Source of the DNA: Tubulanus polymorphus
Taxonomy: Eukaryota > Animalia > Nemertea
DNA: 64,000 bases
Direction of reading: 5' to 3'
NCBI RefSeq assembly: GCF_964204645.1
Contig: NC_134025.1
Location: forward strand, 20,373,101 to 20,437,100
A program made the translations under genes and the position numbers. A model generated the notes under the pieces. The model searched no databases and was not told the DNA's origin. It saw only the letters and a list, made by a program, of their open reading frames with translations. Of the stretch, positions 36,454-50,800 are shown one piece after another; position 1 is the first letter of the stretch, and every line of letters begins with the position of its first letter.

Positions 36454-39400
36454 GGTGAGAAAAGAGCAATTGTGGTTACAAAATAGACATAGGTTACCTG
36501 CTATGTAGATGGCTAAATTACTTCTATTTCAATATTCAATGCTCCCTGAAAACAAACATTGGATAATCACAAGTAAACATGAGATCTATTTTGATGGCCA
36601 CCGATTGCAATCAGCTGATCCAAACCCATCTGATGCGTTCTAGAAGTATACTCGTCTCAAATATAAAGGGTTAAAAAAAGCAGTTCCTTCAGTGGACGCT
36701 TCTATCAGGTTTACAGGTTTATGCTTTTCCAGAATTGGTAGAATGTACTCCAGTTGAAATGAAGGCACAAGGAATACGAGCGCACCAAAAGAGTATTCCA
36801 GAATTGGTGAGCAATCAAAACCTGCCTGTTCATTAATGATATACAGCAAACCTTTAAAAGCTACAGGCCTAAAAACTAGGACTCAGAATTATGGCACAAA
36901 TAGATTGTTGTTGAAGACGACTTATGCCCCACATCAGGTGAAACACCAGAGTGCACCTTGAGCTTATGTCGACCTGTTTATGAGTTATAGTCAAGAAATG
37001 GAAAGATTCCTTGACCTTAGTACCCAAAATCTAATCACTAACCACATCTAGTACACCCCATTTCGTGAAATTTAGGAAAATCTCTTAATATTGGTTTATG
37101 TGCGATGGAACGGAAACAGCAGACAGACATATAGGGCATGAAGTTTTCAATGGAAGTCTTGAAAACGCTTCAATCAATTTTGGTGTAAATGTGAAGAAAC
37201 GACTGTTAGACTTATTCTATCTATAGTCTTCGGGGCTTGAAGTGTTTGATTGCTGAACTGATTCCCGGTTAATTTTATTCATCTTTCCTTCAGAGGTCCT
37301 TGTACATACTCAATGGCTTCACATGAAACTTACATTTTTACAACAAAAAAAAACCGAATCGAACACAAATGTAAAAATACTTAAATAGTTTTTTATTTAA
37401 AACACTTTTTCTTTGAACAGGACACGATTGCTACATAAGGCGTATTTATTAACACGAGTGATGAGAAGAATTTCATAGCTAACCTGTTCACGTTATGATT
37501 ACCGAGAACATTGAATATATCCTGAAAGAAACTTTTCACACTTGATTGATCGCACTTCGGAGAACAAAATATTGTCAACCATATATCGGAATACTCTGCA
37601 CACTCTTGTACATAAACAAGCTCAAGAAATCTCACCAGTCCAAAGCTTTGAAATCTGGAAATACCTCAGAGGAATTAAACTATAACAGCGATTACCGGAG
37701 CTTCCAGGAAGTATAATTCCTGGAAGCTCCTAGAGATTTGTTAAACTCGAATTGACAACTGGCGTAGAACCGGGGCAGTTTAATTCCTCCAAAGACGTAC
37801 ATACATAAGATATACATGTATCTAACAGGAAAAGCACAGAAGATAAAATATCACACTCAAATGCACAACAATTCCTCTCCGTTCGTTTCATGCAATTTTC
37901 AGAAATTATCAGGCTTCAACAAACAAGTATTACATTCCCATTCATGTGTAGTGGGAAGGAAGCTACATTCAATACGAATCAAACCAAAAGCAACCTGGGA
38001 GTTATCCAGATTTAGGATCTAAACGCACATCGTTTTGGCTGCCCAGCATATTTTGATTTTGAAATCTGTTCATCAAAGCGCGATTGCAGCATTGGGCGAA
38101 ATAACACTTCGTACAAAAACTGAAGGAAAATTTATCCATACATTATACAGAACATAAACAACTACTACACAAGCTTATCTAACAATGATCCGATGCTCTA
38201 TAGATAGTGTTGTAAGTATAAAAAAGCTTGTCGCTGCCTTTAAATGACTAATTGCATATTATGAAGATAGATACATGATGCTGCCATTTTGATCGTGTTC
38301 ATCAGCGGGTTCGTTAAATTCCTCCTCAGCATTGCTTCTCATGATTCTGCTAGAATCGTCTAAAGCAAATAGTCTAGCATAGAAATTACGAAATCAAGTA
38401 CGAAATACACACAACAATGCATGAGATTAACTCATAATATACGCCCTTTATCAAAGGGTATTATCAAAGCTTCAAACGGTATAAAGCTTTGGTAAGTACG
38501 TTACACAAAATTTTGGTCCCAATCGATTATCATATCTATATTTCTTTACATAGGCACTTTCACATTTGCAAAAATACTATAACCAGGGTGTTTAATTATT
38601 CTAATTTAAGAAAGGATTATTTCACATGATTCGGTGTTAGACCGGACTAGATGACTCTATTTCGTTCCATGATTATAGAAAAAATTTCGAAAAAAAAGTC
38701 AGCTTCATTCTATTTCAGCGAAGATCAATCTCATGATTGGCGATATACATACATCAAATAAATCCATATTTGCCACTGGTTTTGTTATGTTAGTTATTGT
38801 AGAAAAAAAAGAAATGAAATTAAGTTTATACGTTTTAAGCTAATGGAAAAGTCAACTTCTGCAAGACTCGGCAAAAATGCTTGCCTTGAAATTCTATATT
38901 CGCGCAATAAAAAATGCTCAACATTTTCCCCGATGTACCGAGGTAAGCATAGAGTTTGCCGTACATTAAACACGTGTATTCAAAAATAGCATGATTACTC
39001 AGAGGTCTCTTTTTTACAGAGCGATCAATATTGACAATAATGATAATAATGATGATTTTCCAGATTCTTTTACGTTATTTTTCAGATCAGAACCAACAAT
39101 ATTCAAGCGTTATTCAAAATCAATTTGAATCTTTTAAGTAATCATCTTGAACATTTACATTCAAAAGATTGATTTAAATGTACACTTCTTTTGTTTTTGA
39201 TAGTATTACATGTATTAATCTTTATAAATCCTCAATGAATGAAATCCCTAGAATACCAGTTTTTCATTTGATTCAAAAAAGGAAGCGATTTAAATGCACT
39301 AGATTCTAGACAGAGGATCAATACTTGTTAATTCCTGTCAGCACGATTGTCACGAAAATTGGGATTTCTATAGCCTTTTTTCACAAAAGACATTAAGGCC

Positions 39401-41149
39401 AGGCATCTCATAACTATTGATGAAACACTTTGGTCATAGTTGTCTGCCCCTAGATCCACCCCTGGTTGCGGTTAGAAAGTTTAAGCGTCCAATGTAGTGG
39501 GCAAGGGCTCACCTTGGGCAAATGTCTAATGTAAGGATGGCAATAACGATGATGTGCATGTGTGTGGTGTGTGTGATGACAGCATCTTTCCACAATTATC
39601 TCTGAATGAAAACTGAACTAAATGTGAATGAAACAAAACAAAACAAAAAATCACACAAGTCTCTGTGGCAAGAGTAAGAAGGCCAATACCTTGTTGGCCA
39701 TTAATGGAAAGAGATTACTCCAGATTTAGGCAGGTTTTGATTGAACATATTCATAAATTGGGTCATAAATTGCAATTCCGGAATGCCTTTTGGAGATATC
39801 CAGACCAAAAGTGCTGTTTCATATCATTCTATTAGGTCCAAGAACTGCTGCCTGTAAATAGGTAGCATAAGTAGATCCAATGGAAGGGTGCGGGGGGTGT
39901 GCATCACTTCTTAAAAATGTCAAGTTGCCCTGAAATTTCACGGGAAAATGAAAAATACTGAATTGATACCTGACGAAGTTAAAAAAGCACAAGCTTGTTC
40001 TCTGTATTTCCAAAAAATGAGTTAATGTTTTCCGATTAGCATTCATTCAGGGTGCCCTTTTAATTATATGATATGCCCTAGTAGGGATTATCTAAACGAT
40101 TAACGGAGTAAACCCTCGATTTTCAGTTGAAACTAGTCTATAAAACCATCCGCGGATGAGTTATTCCAGAATCGGTTGAGCTCAACTGAAACCTGCCTTA
40201 ACCATGTACACCTTATGTAGGAGGTACCCACCCACTGAGATCAAAGTACATGTCCTGGTATTACACAAAAGAATCACTGGTTAGCATGATGATTATATCA
40301 GGTTATTTAACAAAAAAATCAAAACACGTTGCTTTAATTCATCATGACACATATATCAGTAATGACATAATTCTTGGTAAGCAACACGTGCCAGTATATA
40401 TTAATCGATTAACAAATTAATAAATAAATTAAAAAATAAACTATCCTTAAATAAAAAGTATAGTTTGACTCAATCTCGAGTTTGCTGGCAAACCACCAGC
40501 TGTAGCAGCATACGAATTAATTTACGTTTAAGATTACATCATGATTGCTTAATGATTAGTTAATACACATTAATCTAAGATTTGACGCTAACATCAAATT
40601 AAAGGGACACTGGAGACGTATAAAGGTTATGAACTTGTCGCGAAATGGCCACCAAGCACAGGATGCCAACTAAAGAAAAAAGTCCCAGGTGATGGCATAT
40701 AGACGTATGTAACAATACATAAGATTCAGGTGCATAACCTCTACAGCGTACACTGGTCAGTAGCTAGAATTCATAACGGATTTAAGAAAATATTCCTGCG
40801 ACATCCCCTTAATTTGATAGTTGTACAATATATTATCACAATCGACCAATCGTTGTCATGGATAAAAAGTTATATTTTACCTATATAAAAATGAGGTGAA
40901 CATCGAAAAGTATCCACACAATAAAGAAACATTTGATCCGCGTTTGCCTAATCCTTAGACTTGGCTAAGCCTTCAACCTATGTAATTCGAAGAAAGGCCA
41001 GCAAATAAGTTCGATTTATAAATCAGTGGCATTTGATTGGCTGTAAATTGATTGCTGCTCCAGTTGGTAATGACCAGACAATGAGAAAATAAATATGTAC
41101 ATCGAATGAAATCACGTGAAATTCAATGAAAAGAAGTGAAAAAGACCAC

Positions 41150-41161
41150 ATATATATATAT

Positions 41162-41247
<86 letters not shown>
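41150..41247. repeat. (TA)n microsatellite in jagged 3' UTR
   Basis: TA run with one GG interruption. Confidence 0.95.
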
Positions 41248-41249
<2 letters not shown>

Positions 41250-41478
41250 CATTAGTTATCGTACTTGTTCTGTCGATGAGACATTTCAATTTACAATTGT
41301 GCGTCGTAGCTTCTGAACAACACGGAACAGGTCAAGTTAATCCACGTTGTTCTTCCAAAAATCTCGCGAAAACATTACCGTACTCGTCAAATTATTGCCA
41401 TGTATAAAGATTGCGATTACGGTCACCTGTTGTACGCAGATATATATATACATACATATTTACAAAATTTGTGTACAC

Positions 41479-41891
41479 TCACACAACCACTAAACCGCCA
41501 GTTTTGTCCATTAGGCTCTTTTCGATATTCGTATTTTTCTTTTTGACGTAGTCTCCGAACGGAGCATTATTCTTATTCGTCGGATCAATGTTCAAATCTT
41601 TGCCTCCGCTGTGACGACGTGGACTTTTTTCATATTTTTCTACGATTTCGAACATTTCGGACGACGGACTCTTGCGCGTCCCGCCACCTTTGTCGCGATC
41701 GAAAAGAGGATTTCGGTGATATCGTCTCATGTTCTCCTCGTTTTCATTGTTCGTTTTTTGCTCGAGGGTCTGCGCCTCCTCTTCCCTGAATTGCCGCTGA
41801 CGATGTTGGTGACAAATGAACAACAATATCAAGGCAATAATCCCAAGTATAACAATAATTGAACATACCAGTGGTAAAATAAATGCAGGAG
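41479..41891 (-). CDS. JAG1: Jagged terminal exon: TM helix + intracellular domain
   Basis: [26 protein letters not shown] (TM), then [16 protein letters not shown], ending GGLVVV*. Confidence 0.92.
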
Positions 41892-44800
41892 CTGCAATGA
41901 AAAAAAATTATTTGTATTAGAGGGCTGGTGCGCCTTATGCATTCAAGACACCATATATTGGTTCTCCACGATATTCGAAATTAACTACCCGGTATAGGGT
42001 TTTCTCCCCGATTTTCCGCAATTTTTCTTAACAACCTTGGCTACCAGTGACGAGATAACTGGTGATTGCGAGTCTACCCCACTTTTCCACGACGAGACAG
42101 ATACAATGTCTTTGATATGATGTTTATTCCTAGTTTCCCAAGAGATCTAGCAGTAGCATTTTTTTCCAGCAAAAGTGTACAAAGCATTCAAAACGTATAT
42201 CACAACTTACAATTATAAATTTTTTCATTAAAGACAGTTTTTTCAACTTTAATCTCAACGATGGCTTCAAAAGTTGAGCTGTTTTCTCGTTTTTGTCCCA
42301 GAAATTCAGCCACGCACCCGACAGCTTTGTGAACCATGGGCTTCCCAGCATTGATAAGAACATTCTTATCTGATGTTGACTGAAATACAAATAATCAAAC
42401 AAAAATTTTTACAGACAATCCTTTCATTCAAGTTTGATCTTGAAAAGAATTCTTGAAAAGAATTCATTAACTTGAGGTATTTGAGTTATTTCCAATAAAT
42501 TTTTACGTTATCATGATTAATTACATTAATACAATACAAGGAAAATGTGAGAAATATCAACAGTTAAGTGAAGACTCCTAGAGTGGGAATTAACTAGGAA
42601 ATCGCCCATATGGCAAAATGTTGGAGGAGCTCCATTACTCACCACCATAACTTCGATAGTATCTTGTTGATCTTTATTTATTCCGCATAAAATAATCAAC
42701 GCTTGGTCTTTCGCAAGAGTATGCAATATCGGTAGACCTCGCAATATATTACATATACCTTCTACTGATATACCCTATTCAGAAAAAAAACCATTGTCAA
42801 AAAAAAAATTCATTTTCTACTAGACACATAATTTCTTAATCATATAACTTACCGTTGGCATTTTTGATTTGTCAAACAATAGAGTAATCCTTGCACAATC
42901 GTTATTGAGATTTTGTGTATTTGGAATACAGTTAGTTTTCAGTCCTGGTGGTTTGGGGTCGAGAACAGCATCCTGTTTGCGGCACTGACCCCAAGGAAGA
43001 CACGGTGGTGTGAAACAAGTTTCTTCGGTCTGAACGACACATGTTTCATGAGGCTCACAAATGACCAGTTCTTCGGTAACATTAGGATGCGTGAGACAAT
43101 TTCTCGGTCCACAAAACATCTGAAAGATTTAAGAAACATCATTTTAAATCACGCAATACTAGGAGACGTCTAGATAGGAAGGAACCTAACAGAAAACTAG
43201 AAAGTGGCCGAACACCATGTATGTCACCCCAAATATGATAAAAGTTATGGCGGTCATTTGGTAAGTACGAGTAACCAGAGATATTTGATAGGTGTAGTAA
43301 TTCATCCACCTAGCACATCATACCCACAAACTTTCAAGAAAATCACACATCATTTGTACTATCTACAGTGTCAAATGTCCAACGTGGCAGCCATATTGGA
43401 AGAGCGAGGATAATCAATTTTCAATAAGTGCAAGTTCAATAATTCAGTGGACCTACCCTATTACACCTATGTAGCTATAAGTTCTAAAGAATTGCAGGTC
43501 ATTTGAAAAGTGTAGAGCGCTAAGCAAGAAGGATGAGTGCATGATGCATGACGGCCCGCCATGTAAGTCAGCCCCCCCTCCCACGCCAGGTGATATAATC
43601 ATAATTGACCTGATAAATGCATTTAGTGAAGCAGTTAATTTTAAACCATGCATATACAATACATATTACAGAATAGGGTAACTCAGGAATTTTAACATTT
43701 TTTCACTTTACAATCAACTTTTTTACATTTGTTTCACAAAAATCAATCATTTTCACATCTTCTCATCAATCTGAACTTTGAAACGAATACATTTATCTAT
43801 ACTGGTTATCTTATACTTGATCTTACAGCTGTATAGTACAAATGAAACATACCTTTGAACAAACTACATGGCCATCTTGACACTTGCATGAGTTACACTC
43901 ATGTTGCCATGTGCTATTGTGACCATAAATACGACGATTGAATTCACACGATTCAGGCCCTGGTGGAACTGCAAAAATTCCCACTCCAACTGTAATGTAA
44001 TTGAGAATCTTCCATGATGAAATAATTCAAGACTCCTTTGTATGCTGCTTAGATATATGGCAAACTACCGCTATGAACAGTCTTTGCGTTGATACATCAA
44101 TTTCAAAGCAGGTTTCGATTGAAACGTATTCCAGTTTAGGACTAGCAATCTTCTACGGGTCTTCTACAGATTATGCTATTGCGGAATAAGTGATTCAAAA
44201 CAAATGTACCAGAAGATAATTCCAGATTCGGAAGAACCCAATTGAAACCTGCCTGAATTTATGCAATTTACATGTAGGTTTTCAACATACCTTCATCACA
44301 ATTTTTACCAGAACGTCCCAGTGGACACTTACAGGTGTATTCATATATACCGTCGATGCAGGTTGCTCCGTAAGCGCACGGAGTCGAGGAACATTCGTCG
44401 ATATCTAGAAATAGAGAACGTTGAGTAAATCAGCTTCCATGCCGACAATGAATGCAGGACCCAAGACATCAGATGCCAAACATTCCTGACAAAAAGATTA
44501 CTAAAAGACATTCAAGTAAAGAAATAAATATGGAAGAAAGAGGCATACTGATTTTCAATAACATAGGTTCAAATGCCAAGATGTAACAAAATCACATCAA
44601 AATCAAACTTCTGAAATACTGATTGACTATGCAACACACTGGTTTCGAAGGAGAAACCCAGATTAGAAATGAAACTATTCCCTGATTAGCATCTGAAGCC
44701 CCTGATCAGAAATGAAATTATTCTCGTGAAAACTTTACTTACTGACTCGACAGTCCGGTCCAGAAAAACCAAGTGGACACTGACAAAAGTACCAGTTCAT

Positions 44801-47800
44801 TCCGTCTATACATGTCCCTCCATTATAGCTATATTATCAACAAGAACAAAAAAATAATCGAAAATTGATTTGAAATGAGTCTCCAGAATTACGAGTGTCA
44901 AAAATTGTATCCATAGTCCCCTATTTTGTAGGGGAACCTCGTTACAACGAATTTTCATGGGACCAGAAAGTCTGTTCGTTATAACCGATAGTTTGTTATA
45001 TCCAGTATGAACATAATTAACTTCTCATATTTGGGAAACAATTTCATATTTGTAATAGCCAATGAATCATTGTACGCGAGTTCGTTATGAAAGCCGCAAT
45101 CAAATGGAGATGATTTGGCATGGATGAGACTCAAGCCAAATTTGGCCTGTGCCTAATTAGAGAGCGCGTTCTTACCTAAACCACTCACTCGATACTAAAC
45201 AATGCTCAAACAAAGTGAAGTGAGTCTTTTCCAGTAAGAGTTGCGATTCAAACTCATTTGTCCCATGTTAAAATTCGGCTCGGGCCTGGTCCAACGTTTT
45301 TGGTCAGGCCAAATTTGGCCCTGGCCCATTTGGCACCCATATAAACAGTTGTTCCAGGCCAAATTTGGCACGGGCCTAAAATACTCCTGTGATTGCAGCT
45401 AAGGTTCCACTGTTTATAGGGTGTTGGGAGCTAGAAAAAAAGTAATACCCCACCACTTACCATGGGAATGGATTACAGTCATTGATGTTATTATCACAAG
45501 TTTTTCCATCGAATCCGTCTTTACAGAGACAAGTGAAGCTATTGCCGCTGTTCACGCATGTCGCCCCGTTATTGCAAGGACTTGAATCGCAGCTGTAATT
45601 TGTCGGTAGACGACACGTCAATCCTTCCCATTTCGGCGCACACTGGCACGTGAACGTATCACCGAGATCGATGCAGGTTCCGCCGTTCATGCAAGTGTGA
45701 GAATCGCAAGAACTAGTTTCTGAAGTCGATGAGAAAACCGGTAATTCAACGTAATTATCACAGTTCGTCGTATTTCGTTTTCGATGAATGCGCAGGAATA
45801 CTTACTCTGACTACAAATCCTTCCTTTCCATGTACCTTCACACAAACACGTAAAATCCGCTATCATGTCGATGCAAGAACCGTTGTTTCTACACGGATTT
45901 GGCAAACAATCATCTTTATCTACAATCACATTCGAATGGAACGTTAATGGACACATTCTCGAGAATCTATCAGTTTCCGACTAGTTCTTATTCAAATACT
46001 TACTCAAGTTGCAAAGTTCACCCTCCCAGCCATCCTGACAAATACAGCGGAAAGAGTGCACGTCATCGATACACGTGCCCTGGTTCTGACATGGATTGTC
46101 AACGCAATCATTTACATCTGAAATATATTGAAAATATTCATTCAATATTTCAAAATGAGCAAAATAATTATCAATATACATAAGAGAAAAAAGAAGCTTA
46201 ATTTCTGGGCTGAGCGAAGCCTAATGGCTATCTTAGCAAGCACTAGATAAGGGAAAAGAAATGAAAGAGAGTTGACAGGTGGATCGAGGGCAGGGATGTC
46301 ACTTATCTGACTTGCTTTTTTCCAGACTTTTCTCTGACATGTACGTTGTTTTCCCTCAATCAATTGACACACTCAAATATGAAACCGATAGACAAAAACC
46401 GTTTGATTTTACGCGCCACCTAAAGACCTCAACAAATTTCTTGACTTTTCCCCGATTTTTAGTTTTTTTTCTACAAAATTACCCGATTATTCCCTGACAT
46501 TTCTTAAGAAATTTCCTTGACTTTTCCAGGTAAGTGGCCACCCCGTAGGGTCTGATTCAGGGAGGGGTGCACACCCCCTCCCCTTGGTTGATGAATGTTT
46601 AATTTTTTTCATGCGTGAACAAGCAAGTTTCAGCAAATGTAGCAGTAAAAACTAGTTTGATTAAAGTGATGATTGTTGTAGGTAGAGGTGAGATATGATC
46701 TAACTTTTTAGTTTCTGCTTGTACATCATATCTAAACACACAGGTTTTTGATTCAATAATTCTTATAGAAATGTTGAAGAAATTAAACTGTTGTATTTAT
46801 TTATTTTATTATTCTATCTATTTTACACTCAAACCCATTACAGGTATTAGAGCAACAACACAAATTTACAGATTTTATAACACTGCAGAAAATTTACAAA
46901 TTCAATAACGCAATAAACTTGTTTAACCCTTTCAGTGCGTCTGCATCGATGTATGGTGTATAAATCAGTGATAGATTTTGCTAGTACACCGCACCGCGGT
47001 GTATTGATGTAATTAGTAATTATCTCTCTTGAAAAATGGCAGATGTCAAACATAGTGAAATACTAGTAACGATACACCGCACTGAAGTGTAGACGTACTA
47101 TAGTGGTATTCCCATTGTTCAACACACTAGGATGGAATTTTTTAGAATTTTCAAATTATCTCCAGCACTATAGGGTATTAATTAGTCAGCACTGAAAGGG
47201 TTAAATGAACAAACAGAAATAACACAGTAACTAATTTGGACTATCTATGCTAGATGGATACGCTAGACAGTGCTGTCTCTATCATCGGAACCTAAAACTA
47301 GACAATGAGAAGCATCACCCGCTCACAAAAATCAGAAACTTACTTTCCTGGCAGTAGATGCCCGTGTAACCAAGGTCACAATCACATTCAAAATGCCCAT
47401 CGGAATGACTGATACAAGTTCCACGTTTACCGCAAACATTCGATGGCAATAACTTCGTGTCCACTTTACCAGTCACATTCGTCACAGTTGAGATTGTACA
47501 ACTATCAACAACTACAAACAAGTCAAAATCTAGTATAACATTCAGTATTTCATCGAAATGAGTGAAATATGTGAATAGAACGAATTTAAACAATTTTGGT
47601 TGTAACATGTATACGCAAATTTAGGAGGTGTCCCGGTAATCAGATATTGTAATGTTAAAACTGAATCTAAAGGGAAAGCAGCTTGTACGACTAATTATAT
47701 TTTTTAACTACCATTGGGATTTTTGTTGCAATTTGAAGAGCATTCTCAATGCAGTATAAATTTGACCTAGACCTATTGTTTAAACTGGTGCCTGGAAAGT

Positions 47801-50800
47801 CTAATATATCCTTTAAACATTGATGTAAATTATTCAGAAAATAGATATCATATGATGATTTGTTTAGTATTGAGTGAGTGGTTTTACGTGGTGTGAACGC
47901 GCTCTCTAATTAGGCATAGACCAAATTTGATTCCGGCCTGCTCCAGGCCAAATCCTCTCCGTGCGATTGCGGCTTAAGCCCATGCCAAATTTCAGCACTG
48001 ATCAAATAATTCTGTCAGAGCGCTATCTGGTTCTGGTGGTGACTCAGCTCAATTACTACAGCATTTTGATAGATTTTTTCATTTTTATTAGAATTTTTGT
48101 AATGAGTGTTTTACATGTGAATGCACGCTCTAACTAGACACAGGCCAAATATGACTGGGGTCTAGTCCAGGCCAGTTTGACGCAGCCCAAAACATCTCAG
48201 CGTGTGATTTAAGGTAATATATACATGAGTATCAACGGTCCGGTCTGTGGTTGTAAAACTAGCGTAGTAGTTATGCAAACATTTAGCTTACTCTAAAGTC
48301 AGCGTCACTGAAACTCCAGACGTAATTTACCTTGCACTCTAAAATTTATCAATCAGTCTGATATTGCAAGACAAATAACCGGGTACGGTAAACTATTATT
48401 CACGCAGGCTAGACACAGGCAGTACATACTTCTAACTGGAAGCAAGAGTAAGGAGAGCCACAAAAAGGGTAACAGATGATGAGCTTGTTCGGCCCGACAA
48501 CATAATAATCGAAATATGTTTGTTATACTCGAAATCAATTCAATCAACTGAATTACACCCGGCGAATGCAAATACAATCGTGAGTCATCGTCTCATACCG
48601 AGCAGCAGGTACGACGAAGAACGGGCGAAATCAGTTGGGAATTATCGAAATAATAAATTAACAACCCCGTGTAATAACACTTGTAATGCATGTAAACACT
48701 AGTCCCGAGACTGCGATGAAAATCATGGTCAGTGAGCTATTCGTATATAGTATCTAATTATATCCGAACATTAATAATTTCTTATAAGACGATTTAGGTG
48801 AATTATGAATAAGCTCGGATATCTATATCCTCATTTCAGAATTGAACCGTGAGATCCCGAATACATACTTTGGCAAGCTCCGTTTTGGCAGTGGCTTTTA
48901 TTTTGAGAACAGTCTTTCCCGCCGAATCCTTCCGGGCACAAACAGAAATAGTCGCCTTGCAAGTTAAAACAATTGGCATTGTTTCTACACGGGTTCGGAT
49001 CGCATTGGTCAATGTCATCCTGAATATAGAGAACAGTTGATTATTTCTCTCCTAAAACGATTTATTTGTCCGATTAACGAACATCGAACCTTTACGAGAA
49101 AACAAATTAAAAGGCTCTTTTTACCTGACAAAGCAGCCCCGAATAACCCTTTGGGCATACACATTCGTATTTGGCTTCAAGATCTCGGCACTGGCCCCCG
49201 TTCAGGCATGGTTTATTGGCGCATTCGTTGATATCGATTTCGCAATAACGTCCTTCGTATCCCGCACGACAAGTACACAGAAAATCATTAACGAAATCCT
49301 GAAGAAGAAAAGTACACAAAAAACGTACTACAATGCGTCACGCCATACCATCGTATTGACGAAATATGTTACCACCAGATCATTCATATTCGAAATGAAT
49401 AAAAGAAAGCAACTTTTTCTAAGCTATGGTATTTGATCATGCAATTTTAGGAACTCACAGTGCATGTGGCTCCATTCTGGCATTTGTCTTTGCAATCGTC
49501 CACATCTACGAAAAGAAAAGCGAAGTGTAAATTTTCTGTTCATAACAGATTGAGAGAAAGCCTGGGTTGAAAATGGCAATGTATGCACATAGGCTTAATT
49601 CTTAAAGGTGAATTTTATTTTCCAGGAAAATACCTTCCTGTGGCATGTCCTGGGCAACTAAGTTAGGTTCTTGATACGGTACACCTTTTCTTAGAAAAGA
49701 TATGGTTGCCTGTATATTCCACTATTGACATCAATCATTATAATCATGGTGCATCAAAATTATACACCAATAAGCCTTTATACTGATTAATCTATGCGAT
49801 GGGACTTTAGCTGCGATCACACGGAGACGATTTGGCCCGGGTCAAATTGGCAGTGATCAGACCCCAGTCAAATTTGACCCAAATCTTATTTGAGGGCCTG
49901 TTCCCACGTAAACCACTTATCTGATATTTAACAATGCTTAAACAATGTAACTCGAGACATTTGCTGAACCAGTTGCAATTCACATGCAATAATTTGACCT
50001 GTGCTAAAATTTTGCTTGAGCCCGGCCCGACGTTTTTGGTCGGGCCAAATTTGGCCTCGACCAAACAGGCACATTTGGAACCCGTGTGAACGGTCGTTCC
50101 GGCTCGTGTGATCGCGGCTTACAAAGTCATAAAGGGATAAATGGAAGTCCTTATTTCCTGGCAAAATAAACAACTTACTGATATCACAGTTCTTTCCGTC
50201 CCATCCCGGTTGACAGTCACAAATATAATCTCCGAATAGGTTTTTACATTGATGAGCATTGACGCACGGACTACCGCTACATTCGTCCGCGTCTAGCTGA
50301 CACCGCGGACCCTGCCAACCGTCCGGACAGTCACAAGTGTATCCGTTCACCTGGTCAATGCATGTACCGTGATTTAAACATGGATTCGACGCGCATTCAT
50401 CCATATCTAAAATGAAGAAAAAATGTCAGAAAATGAAAAATAATCACAAAATTCAGTGTTCTACCCCATTTGGCACATTTATACCTTCAACAAGGCAAGT
50501 ACTGGTGTCTCGATATAACCGCAGAAAAACAAGAGGATGGGGATATCGCCCCAGCAAATTTAAGCCATATTTGGGAGTTTAAAATGCTTTAGAGTTTGAG
50601 CTTTTTCTGCAAGGGCACTAGAAAATCTAGAACGTCTAAATACAGCCTGGATCTGCCACTGGTAAAGCCATTTTCAGATAGAATTCTCTTACGAATTGAT
50701 TGTGTCCACACCTTCAGTCTCTGGGGAGGGGTATCATACTCAAGGCGGTGATATCAAGCGTTGAATACAACATTTTGATAAATTTAAGCGACTTTGTGAA

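Noticed and set aside
41985-42130. Open - strand stretch with an ag acceptor between the last two jagged exons
   Set aside because: Phase is incompatible and there is no Jagged homology; 42211 joins 41891 directly in frame.
49807-50178. ORF extensions and short ORFs over MITE family A copies (also 6477-6822, 7365-7628, 19161-19403, 33376-33570)
   Set aside because: Read-through into non-coding MITE sequence; the real jagged exon ends at the 50179 donor.
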